A model generated the notes under the pieces. That model was given only the letters and a program-made list of their open reading frames with translations. It ran no database searches and was not told the DNA's origin. From assembly GCA_963753595.1 (NCBI GenBank), contig CAVWCX010000020.1, positions 1 through 64,000 of the forward strand: 64,000 nt of DNA. The letters run 5' to 3'. The stretch's first letter is position 1. Each line of letters starts with the position of its first letter. The stretch comes from Candidatus Methanoperedenaceae archaeon. Lineage in GTDB: Archaea > Halobacteriota > Methanosarcinia > Methanosarcinales > Methanoperedenaceae. Of the stretch, positions 1 through 8,523 are shown piece by piece. The translations under genes and the position numbers were made by a program.

Positions 1-61
1 CTCCCGGGGCTTTTTTAAAACATGATACATTATATAAGCAATTCCAAATGTGGCCAATCCC

Positions 62-1195
62 ATGCTCACAAAAATTATCACAGAAGGCACAACAAAGGTC
101 GAAGTTCCCGTTCCTGACGAGAACTCAAGTTTTCCGCCATCATCAGTCGCAGTCTTCTATAATCCTGCAATGAAAGCCAACCGGGACGTCGCGGTTGCGG
201 CAATATCATGTTTTTCAAAAGATGATCCTGGATACACTTATCTTGACGCCCTTTCAGCATCAGGGATACGCGGGCTTCGCATTGCCAGTGAAGTGGGTCT
301 TAATACCACAATGAGCGACTGGGAAGGAACTTCCTTTGAATTAATAAAAAAGAATATCGAACTCAATAACCTCACTAATTGCACTGCAATGAAGAGGAAC
401 GCCAATGTGGTGATGATGGATGGCAGTTTCGATATCACTGATCTTGACCCTTTCGGAACCCCTGCACCGTTTCTGGATGCTGCCTGTTACTCAACAAAGA
501 GGCTGCTTTGCGTCACAGCCACTGATACCGCGCCCCTTTGCGGCGCACACAAGAAAGCAGGGATCAGGAACTATTCAGCCGTACCCCTTAAAACTGAATA
601 CTATCCTGAGATGGGAGTCAGGATCCTGATGGGCGCAGTTGCAAGGACGCTTGCCAAATATGATAAGGCCATGACACCTTTACTCTCTTACGCCTCGGCG
701 CATTACGTGAGGCTCTTTGTATCAGTGAAAAAAGGCATCAAGGAAGCGGATGAATCCTTAAAAGAAATGGGATTTCTCTCGCATTGTTTCAATTGCGGCG
801 ATAGATTGTGGAAGTTCGGGCTGGCTGTCCACCTTAATGAAAAATGCCCTGTATGCGGGCACACCACATCACTTGCAGGGCCGCTATGGCTCGGGAAACT
901 TCATGAGCGGGAGTTTTGTGAGAAATTGTCAGGCGAGACTGAAAAGAGGGAATTTAAGGAGGCACAAAAACTGATCGCTGCATGCAGGGACGAGCTTGAT
1001 ATCCCGATGCATTATGACATTCATAAGATTTGTAAATCACTGGGTATAACCGCAATGTCAACGGTGGAGCTTATTGTTGCCTTAAAGGAGAGGGGTTTTC
1101 AAGCTTCACGGACGCATTTTACAGGGATTTCATTTAAGACGGATGCGAGTATGGAAGAGATAAAGAAGGTTGTTCTGGGTCTAAAAAGTCAGTAA
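62..1195 (+). CDS. trm1: tRNA (guanine26-N2)-dimethyltransferase
   Basis: VFYNP..NRD, LDALSASGIRGLR, DLDPFGTP, VTATD motifs and CxxC..CPxCG zinc finger. ATG at 62 preferred over GTG at 50. Confidence 0.95.
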   Translation: MLTKIITEGTTKVEVPVPDENSSFPPSSVAVFYNPAMKANRDVAVAAISCFSKDDPGYTYLDALSASGIRGLRIASEVGLNTTMSDWEGTSFELIKKNIELNNLTNCTAMKRNANVVMMDGSFDITDLDPFGTPAPFLDAACYSTKRLLCVTATDTAPLCGAHKKAGIRNYSAVPLKTEYYPEMGVRILMGAVARTLAKYDKAMTPLLSYASAHYVRLFVSVKKGIKEADESLKEMGFLSHCFNCGDRLWKFGLAVHLNEKCPVCGHTTSLAGPLWLGKLHEREFCEKLSGETEKREFKEAQKLIAACRDELDIPMHYDIHKICKSLGITAMSTVELIVALKERGFQASRTHFTGISFKTDASMEEIKKVVLGLKSQ

Positions 1196-1212
1196 AGTAT
1201 CGTTGAAAGACA

Positions 1213-1956
1213 TTAAACTATCTTTTCCTCCCCTTTTTCTTTTGTCCTGATCCTCACATCCTTTAAAAACAACACACTCCGGGCCAGGGCAACAAGTTCA
1301 TCCCTCGTAAGCACTAACTCATTCCTTATCTCGCCCTGGGGGGCATTTTCAGGAATACCCTGCTGGATCACATAGGTGCCCTCCCTCCCCACAAGTCCTC
1401 TTGCAATTCCAGAAACATCCGAAAACCGGCGAAAAACTGTTGTCCTGACTTCAATTTCAATACCATTTAAGTCAAGCGACATTCTTGCGCGACCGGCTGC
1501 ATCATCTTTCCCCCCTGTTATATAGCTGTATTTTTGCGTGTCATCAAGGGGCGCTTTGATATCAAGAAATATTTTATCAAGAAGCTTTTTCTCGATCAGC
1601 TTTGAAAGCCGCTCAGGATAGTACCCGTTCGTTTCGATGCCAACAAGCAAACCCTGTTCTTTTGCGAATCGTGCAAGATGTTCTAATGCGTCATACTGGG
1701 TCGTGGGTTCTCCACCTGAAAAAACCACGGCGCTTATAAAGGGTTTTGCATAAAGGATATTTTTTTCTATTTCTTCAATTTCCATCACGCTCCCTCCTTT
1801 ATACAGGGGCTCTATGCGCTGGTTTGCAACTTTTATGAAATTATTGTTCGAACAATATAAACATTTAAAATTACAGCCGTTAAAGAAAATCACAGATACA
1901 GACCTGCCGTACCAGTCTATAGTGGATATTGGAATGACTATGCCGCTAAAAATCAT
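1213..1956 (-). CDS. Radical SAM anaerobic ribonucleotide reductase-activating (NrdG/PflA-like) protein
   Basis: STIDWYG..FFNGCNFKCLYCSN (CxxxCxxC), SGGEPT, ETNG, DIKAP. Confidence 0.85.
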   Translation of the reverse strand: MIFSGIVIPISTIDWYGRSVSVIFFNGCNFKCLYCSNNNFIKVANQRIEPLYKGGSVMEIEEIEKNILYAKPFISAVVFSGGEPTTQYDALEHLARFAKEQGLLVGIETNGYYPERLSKLIEKKLLDKIFLDIKAPLDDTQKYSYITGGKDDAAGRARMSLDLNGIEIEVRTTVFRRFSDVSGIARGLVGREGTYVIQQGIPENAPQGEIRNELVLTRDELVALARSVLFLKDVRIRTKEKGEEKIV

Positions 1957-2157
1957 TTTAATTTCTTTTCCTTAATCAAAAAGATTATCATTTAATGAAC
2001 GCCGTTTCACCATAATTATCACAAAGCTTTTAAATATTCTCATTCAATCCACAAACATTATACAAACTGAAGCACATAAATAATATGTGTTATATATGTT
2101 ATAGACATCTGCATTAGAACAAAAACGGGGTAAGGCATTTCTAATCGGGAGATAGTT

Positions 2158-2826
2158 ATGACTACTGAGCAAATAAGAGATTTTTTGATCGATGCAATAC
2201 TACAGGGGGAAAGGGAACATGCGAACAAGTTATTGGATGATCAAGTTGCAAAGAGCAGTTATCGTAAAACCATGGAAGAAATTCTCGAGCCTGTTCTTGA
2301 AGAAATAGGGAACATGTGGAATAAAGAAAAAATTTCACTTGCACAGGGATACATAGCAGGAAAAGTGGCGGAGGATTTTCTCATCAATATCCGCGATTCA
2401 GAAGCGCATGACAAACTGAAAGAGAAAAGACCTGTCATCATGGGAAATATAGAAGATGATTTTCATTCCCTTGGAAGGAAACTTGTTTGCACTTTCCTGG
2501 AAGTAGCAGGCTGGCAGGTATTTGACCTCGGAAATGATGTAACAGCGAAGGACTTTGTTGATAAAGCCGTGGAAACCGGCGCCCGTGTTATTGGAGTTTC
2601 AGCCATGATGTTCACAACTGCCGAGAATATTAAAAAAGTCCGGCAGGAGATCGACAAAAGAAAACTCACAGGTAAGATCAAGCTTGCTGTTGGAGGCGCA
2701 GTCTTTCGGATAAGGCCTGAACTTGTCCGTGAAATAGGAGGAGACGGAACCGCATCCAACGCTCCTGAAGCACCTAAATTATTTGAAGAACTATGGAACA
2801 AGTCTCTCAAGGAGGTGCCAGCATGA
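2158..2826 (+). CDS. Cobalamin-binding (corrinoid) protein
   Basis: N-terminal helical cap, then DDFHSLG (DxHxxG), DLGNDV, GVSAMM and VGGA B12-binding motifs. Confidence 0.9.
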   Translation: MTTEQIRDFLIDAILQGEREHANKLLDDQVAKSSYRKTMEEILEPVLEEIGNMWNKEKISLAQGYIAGKVAEDFLINIRDSEAHDKLKEKRPVIMGNIEDDFHSLGRKLVCTFLEVAGWQVFDLGNDVTAKDFVDKAVETGARVIGVSAMMFTTAENIKKVRQEIDKRKLTGKIKLAVGGAVFRIRPELVREIGGDGTASNAPEAPKLFEELWNKSLKEVPA

Positions 2827-3833
2827 ACAGCATGGAGAGAGTCGTCGCCGCCTTACAGGGAAATATGCCCGACAGGCGTGCATTCACAATGACGCTGAGC
2901 TTATATGGCGCAAAACTTACAAATTGTCCTCTTACTGAATACTATACAGTTCCGGAGCTTTATGCAAAAGGACAAATAGCAGTGGTTGAACAATGCAAGC
3001 CGGATATCATTTTCACGCCTTTTGCGCTTGCGCTTGAAGCGCAGGCATTCGGAAGCGAGATAGTCTATCTTCCAAAATCCCCCCCGAATGTCAAAAAACC
3101 ATTCATAAGAAATCCCAAAGATATAGGAAAAATAAAAGTACCGGACGTGAACAGCGATCAAAGCCTTTCATACATAAGGAATTCAACAAGACTTCTCGTT
3201 GACCGTTTCAAAGGAAAAGTTCCCATTTGCGGAGTGCTTACTGCCCCAATAGACCTTCCTGCCATCATAATGGGCGTTGATAACTGGCTTGAGATACTGC
3301 TTTTTGACCGGCAGAAAGTATCAGAGATACTTTCCGTGATTTCCAGACACTTTACCAGCATGGCAAATGGCATGTTTGAGGACGGTATTGATTTTCTTGC
3401 CTTGCCGATGATGTTCTGTAATCCGAAGCTTGTTATTGAAAAAACCATCAAAGAAATCATAATTCCGGAACTGGATGCAATATTCGCAAATGTCAGGGGA
3501 CCTATTGTTTTTCACCATGGCGGAAATCCTATTGCAGGATACCTGGATATTTACAGGCAGCTCCCGAATATCGGGGGTTTTGTCCTTGATCCAAGGGACG
3601 ATTTTAGAGAGGCGCGAAAATCAGCGGGCGAAAAAATACTTCTTCTTGGCAATCTTGATGGACCCACTCTTGGTAAGATCAAACCAGAACGCGCCATCCT
3701 GATGGCGAAGAAGATACTTGATGACAGGTTAGATGACAGGCATTTTATTTTTGCGACAACAGGCGCAGATGTTGCCTGGGACACGCCAATGGAAACCATA
3801 ACGGGGATTTATGATCTTATCCAAAAATATTAA
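2823..3833 (+). CDS. Uroporphyrinogen decarboxylase / MtaA-CmuA family protein
   Basis: MNSMERVVAAL..PDR start, EAQAFG, LLGNLD. GGAGGT RBS before ATG 2823, which overlaps the upstream stop. Confidence 0.8.
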   Translation: MNSMERVVAALQGNMPDRRAFTMTLSLYGAKLTNCPLTEYYTVPELYAKGQIAVVEQCKPDIIFTPFALALEAQAFGSEIVYLPKSPPNVKKPFIRNPKDIGKIKVPDVNSDQSLSYIRNSTRLLVDRFKGKVPICGVLTAPIDLPAIIMGVDNWLEILLFDRQKVSEILSVISRHFTSMANGMFEDGIDFLALPMMFCNPKLVIEKTIKEIIIPELDAIFANVRGPIVFHHGGNPIAGYLDIYRQLPNIGGFVLDPRDDFREARKSAGEKILLLGNLDGPTLGKIKPERAILMAKKILDDRLDDRHFIFATTGADVAWDTPMETITGIYDLIQKY

Positions 3834-4446
3834 GACGGGCAAAGATGCCGGCCAAAAAATAATATGTCTTAGCTGCGGGGTATTCAGGATGGAAATCGAG
3901 TCACTTGCGCGGGAGGGTAAACCTGGCTGCAGGATAATAACCCTTGAATCCATGTTCCATATGAAACCTGAAAAACTCGAGAAGGAGATGGAAAAAGTGA
4001 TTGCTGGCCAAAAAGACAGCAAGATCCTGATCTTATACGGGGATTGTCACCCCCATATGCATGAGATGCAAAACCGGGAAAATTTTGCCCGGGTGGAAGG
4101 TGTAAATTGCTGTGAGATATTTCTTGGTAAAGAATTATATAACAAATTACAAAAAGAACAGGCATTTATTTTCCTGCCTGAATGGACCCGGAGGTGGCGG
4201 GAAATATTTCACCGGGAATTAAATCTGGAAAACCAGGAGGTTGCGGGTAGTTTCATGCGGGATCTCAGGAAGCGGCTTGTTTATGTTGACACAGGCGTTA
4301 TCCCTGTGCCTCACAAAACACTTCAGGAGATATCGGAATTTTTTGGTATGCCTGTTGAGGTATTGAATATTTCCCTTGACAATCTCCGCACTTCCCTGGA
4401 TACTGCAATGATTAAGCTCGATAATAGGTGTCAGAATGTCCAATAA
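3811..4446 (+). CDS. DUF1638-like cysteine-containing protein
   Basis: SCGVF..E, LxxxFHxxPEKL, LYGDCHP, NCCEIFLG pattern; typical neighbour of corrinoid genes. Confidence 0.7.
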   Translation: MILSKNIKTGKDAGQKIICLSCGVFRMEIESLAREGKPGCRIITLESMFHMKPEKLEKEMEKVIAGQKDSKILILYGDCHPHMHEMQNRENFARVEGVNCCEIFLGKELYNKLQKEQAFIFLPEWTRRWREIFHRELNLENQEVAGSFMRDLRKRLVYVDTGVIPVPHKTLQEISEFFGMPVEVLNISLDNLRTSLDTAMIKLDNRCQNVQ

Positions 4447-5947
4447 TTCACAGAAAGGTCTTGCAGATTCCCGGCTTATTGTTGACATGGTTGAAAATAT
4501 CCTCAGGTTTTCTGATAATCCCGGATCATGTGCGGGTTATTTGACAAAACAAATAAGGGAAATCATAGGAGTTCGGATCGTAGCGATCATAGAATTTGTT
4601 ACTGATGAGTCAGGAATAAGCCATAAACTGATAGGTATCTGCCCGCCCAGGAAAGAACCATACTGGGGCAAGCCGGAAATACAGGATTTTGTTTCAAGAG
4701 TATCTAATTATGAAAAAGCCTGCCTGATCGATCCTGTGACAGACCCTGACGGTAAACCGTTATCTACACTGGATATCGGCAAGTCATTTGTTAGTCCCCT
4801 TAATGTCGGTCCTGAAAGAGTGGGTATGATAATACTTCTTGATCTTATGGAATCCAAAGGAGCCTCGACAATTCTGGAGATGGTTGATAAAATATCAGGC
4901 GTCTTTGCATTGATATTGAAGAACTCTCTCCTTTACAGGAACCTTGAGAATACTGTAGAAATAAGAACAAGGCAGCTTGCTCAAAGGGAAAAACAATTCA
5001 GGGCGTTATTTGAGCAAGCGGCTGCAGGTGTGGCGCAGGTAGATATAATGAGCGGCAAGTTTCTTATTGTAAATAAAAAATATTGTGATATTGTAGGATA
5101 TACTAAAGAAGAAATGTTAAATAAGGACTTCCAGTCCATCACATATCCAGATGACTTAATAACCAGTCTTGAAAACATGGAACTTCTGAAATCAGGAAAG
5201 ATCCGCGAATTCAGCATGGAAAAGCGATATATCCGCAAAAATGGAGATATCATATGGGTTAACCTGACGATATCTCCAATGTGGAATCCAGGTGAGAAAC
5301 CAGATTACTACATAGCTGTTGTTCAGGATATTACAGAGCACATGCAGGCGGAAGAGAAATTAAGGGAGAGCGAATCGCGTTTAAAAAAATCCCAGGAGAT
5401 AGCCCATGTCGGCTCCTGGGCGCTGGACGTTTCAACAAACCGGCTGACCTGGTCAGACGAAGCCTATCGCATCTTCGGTTTGCAGCCGGCAGAATTCAAC
5501 CCCAGCTACGAGATGTTTCTCGATTTGGTCCATCCCGATGATCGCATTATGGTTGATGCAGCGTATTCAGGCTCGATTCGGGAAGGCCGGGATACCTATG
5601 ATATCGAGCACAGGATTGTACGCAGGCGCACAGGTGAGATCAGGCATGTCCATGAAAGATGTGAACATGTAAAAGATGATTCAGGCGCGATTATCCGCTC
5701 GGCAGGCATGGTGCAGGACATCACCGAACGCAAGAAGGCTGAAGAAGAGTTACGAAAACACCGCGTTCATCTTGAAGAACTGGTCAAAGAGCGAACAGCA
5801 GAACTGAATCAGAAGAATGACGAACTTGAAAGATTTAACAGGCTTTTTGTGGGGCGGGAGATCAGGATGATAGAATTGAAGAAACAGATATCAGAGCTTG
5901 AGAAAAAAATTGCGTCATCTGAAGATAAAAAAAATGACTTGAAATAA
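4436..5947 (+). CDS. GAF-PAS-PAS sensor protein without kinase domain
   Basis: GAF-like N-terminus; two PAS/PAC units (FRALFEQA..EKRYIRKNG..QDITE; IAHVGSW..VHPDD..QDITERK); C-terminal coiled coil. Confidence 0.85.
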   Translation: MSNNSQKGLADSRLIVDMVENILRFSDNPGSCAGYLTKQIREIIGVRIVAIIEFVTDESGISHKLIGICPPRKEPYWGKPEIQDFVSRVSNYEKACLIDPVTDPDGKPLSTLDIGKSFVSPLNVGPERVGMIILLDLMESKGASTILEMVDKISGVFALILKNSLLYRNLENTVEIRTRQLAQREKQFRALFEQAAAGVAQVDIMSGKFLIVNKKYCDIVGYTKEEMLNKDFQSITYPDDLITSLENMELLKSGKIREFSMEKRYIRKNGDIIWVNLTISPMWNPGEKPDYYIAVVQDITEHMQAEEKLRESESRLKKSQEIAHVGSWALDVSTNRLTWSDEAYRIFGLQPAEFNPSYEMFLDLVHPDDRIMVDAAYSGSIREGRDTYDIEHRIVRRRTGEIRHVHERCEHVKDDSGAIIRSAGMVQDITERKKAEEELRKHRVHLEELVKERTAELNQKNDELERFNRLFVGREIRMIELKKQISELEKKIASSEDKKNDLK

Positions 5948-6019
5948 TGATAACAGATATATCATAAAAGGCCTATCTAATAATATATAAAAACGATCCG
6001 GTAAAAGTATTGTACAGGA

Positions 6020-7948
6020 GTGCTGAGATCGATCACAAATAAAGACAATAAGAGGGTGTACTTTTTCCCTGGTTCTTTTTGGGATATTATAAGGGTAGCA
6101 TTTTTTGTAGTTGCATATTTCATATCTTTCCAGATAGCATATCTGTTTCCTGATGCCGAAAGGATACTGGTTGCCATCTGGCCGGCCGGTGGGATCGGAC
6201 TTGCGGCACTGTTACTCAGCCAGCGCCGCCTATGGTTTATTATCCTTGCAGCGTTTTTTTTGGCAGGGAACATATCCAACCTGATGATTGGCAGGCCGCT
6301 TTTCAACAGCATGGGATTCATGATCGCAAATGTTATTGAATCCTATGGATGCGCATGGCTTATCGTGCGATGGTGCGGTGAAGATATCAGGTTTACCACC
6401 TTGAAAGAAATATCGGCATTGATTTTTGGCGCGGTTTTTGTGAATGCGGGTACTGCCCTCATCGGTGGTGGCACTGCGTGGATTGCAGGTATTTCCCCAT
6501 TCTGGAGTTTCTGGAAGTTCTGGTGGATCGCAGATGGTCTTAGCATATTGATCATCGCGCCGCTCTTCGTTACATGGGGTACATTCCGGGACATATCGAT
6601 TCGCCATCAATGGAAGCTAGGGCTGGAGGGAGGAATATTCATGGTAATATGGTATGAGATTTCAAAGCTCTCATTCCATGTGCAAGCGTCTGGTGATCCT
6701 TTCACTGCGAAGCCGTATATCCTTGTGGCTTTGCTTGCCTATGCGTCTTTACGTCTTGGCCAGCGCGGTGTAACGGTCGCGCTTTTTATTCTTTTAATGG
6801 TAGCGATCACAAGCGAGGCAATGGGAACCGGTCCATCTCCTCTTGGCGGGAACACCATGAACGACCGCCTGCTATTGTTGCAGGTGTTTATGTCAAGTAT
6901 TGCTGTCACCGGGTATATTGTTGCCGCCAGTTACTCTGAATCAAAATTAGCAGAACGATCATCGCGTGAGGACCAGTCCCGCATACGCGCCCTGGGGGAC
7001 AATATCCCCAACGGGATGGTGTACCAGATCGTGCGGGAACCCTATGGAGGCATGCACTTTCTATACCTGAGCGCGGGTATTGAGAAGCTCGATGGCATAT
7101 CCGCAAAAGAAGGGCTGCGTGATCCATCAACGATTTATAACCTGTTCCTGGAAGAAGACCGACCCAAAATCGCGAAAGCAGAGGAGTTTTCCCTGAGAAA
7201 CATGAGCACATTTAATGTGGTTGCACGCCTGCGCAGACCTGATGGCCAGCTTCGATGGATGCAATTGTCTGCATCACCCCGCCGCCTGGAAGACGGCAGG
7301 GTATTGTGGGATGGGATCCAGATGGACATAACTGAGCGAAAGAATGCAGAAGATGCGCTTCAGGTTTCTTTAAAGAAACGCGAGGAATTAGAGTTTATTA
7401 TTAATAACAGCCAGGTAATTGTTTTTCTCTGGCGCAATGAGACAGGCTGGCCTGTTGAATATGTATCAGGGAACATCATGCAATTTGGATACACACCTGA
7501 GGAGTTCATGAAAGGGCGTATTCATTATGCAAACCTGATCCACACCGGCGATCTGGAACGGGTTGGAAATGAAGTGGCCATGTACAGTGAACAGGGAGTT
7601 TCCGAATTCAGACAGCAATACCGGATAATTACTAATTCGGGAGATGTCCGCTGGACTGATGGCGTCACATGGATCCGGCGCGATCAACAAGGCAATATTA
7701 CACATTATCAGGGTATTGTTATGGATATCAGCCAGCGCAAACTGGCAGAAGAAGAACTGAAGAAACACCGCGAGCATCTTGAGGAAATGGTCAAAGAACG
7801 CACTGCACAATTGAATCAGAAGAATGAAGAACTTGAAAAATTTAACAAGCTCTTTGTGGGAAGGGAACTCAGGATGATAGAACTTAAAAAGAAGATCGCA
7901 GAGCTTGAGAAAAAGATTGTGTCATCTGAAGATAAAAAAGAGACTTGA
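6020..7948 (+). CDS. MASE1-PAS-PAS membrane sensor without kinase domain
   Basis: IWPAGG, WWIADGLS and multiple TM helices (MASE1); two PAS/PAC units; same coiled-coil tail as the upstream gene. Confidence 0.85.
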   Translation: MLRSITNKDNKRVYFFPGSFWDIIRVAFFVVAYFISFQIAYLFPDAERILVAIWPAGGIGLAALLLSQRRLWFIILAAFFLAGNISNLMIGRPLFNSMGFMIANVIESYGCAWLIVRWCGEDIRFTTLKEISALIFGAVFVNAGTALIGGGTAWIAGISPFWSFWKFWWIADGLSILIIAPLFVTWGTFRDISIRHQWKLGLEGGIFMVIWYEISKLSFHVQASGDPFTAKPYILVALLAYASLRLGQRGVTVALFILLMVAITSEAMGTGPSPLGGNTMNDRLLLLQVFMSSIAVTGYIVAASYSESKLAERSSREDQSRIRALGDNIPNGMVYQIVREPYGGMHFLYLSAGIEKLDGISAKEGLRDPSTIYNLFLEEDRPKIAKAEEFSLRNMSTFNVVARLRRPDGQLRWMQLSASPRRLEDGRVLWDGIQMDITERKNAEDALQVSLKKREELEFIINNSQVIVFLWRNETGWPVEYVSGNIMQFGYTPEEFMKGRIHYANLIHTGDLERVGNEVAMYSEQGVSEFRQQYRIITNSGDVRWTDGVTWIRRDQQGNITHYQGIVMDISQRKLAEEELKKHREHLEEMVKERTAQLNQKNEELEKFNKLFVGRELRMIELKKKIAELEKKIVSSEDKKET

Positions 7949-8177
7949 AATGAACAGAAAAATTTCAAAACTTTCTCTGGAATGAATATTTGACCCGGAA
8001 GGAGTTTTTTGATGATAATCATATAAAAGTTTTTATAGCAAAGATGCCATATTTATTCTATACGAGATTGTGTCAATAATTGATACTATTATGTCAACAA
8101 AATATTATCAGTTAAACCAATTTCATATTGGGGCGTTATAATAAATCTTGCGCCTGCGTAGATAAACTGGAGGTACT

Positions 8178-8504
8178 ATGACTGAAATGTCAGATATGTT
8201 CAAGAAAATGGGATTGTTCGGTATAGGTGTAATATCCCTGACACAGGAAAAGATCGAGGAATTTTCACAGGAAATGATAAAAAAAGGGGAGATCAGCAGG
8301 GAAGAAGGGAAAAAATTCGTAAAGGAAGTTCTTTCAGAACAAGAAAAACAGATGAAGGAATTTGAAGAAAAGATAAATGAGAAAGTAAAGGAAACGTTTG
8401 AAAAAAGCGGCGTAGTGATGAAAAGTGATGTCACCGCTCTTGAGAAAAAGATCGAGAAGCTTGAAAAGATTATCCAGGCAATGTCAAAAAAAGAACAAAA
8501 ATAG
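8178..8504 (+). CDS. Phasin-like (PHA granule-associated) protein
   Basis: LFGIGVISLTQEKIEE..MIKKGEISREEGK pattern, coiled coil, GGAGGT RBS. Confidence 0.75.
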   Translation: MTEMSDMFKKMGLFGIGVISLTQEKIEEFSQEMIKKGEISREEGKKFVKEVLSEQEKQMKEFEEKINEKVKETFEKSGVVMKSDVTALEKKIEKLEKIIQAMSKKEQK

Positions 8505-8523
8505 AAATCTCAGGAATTAAATC

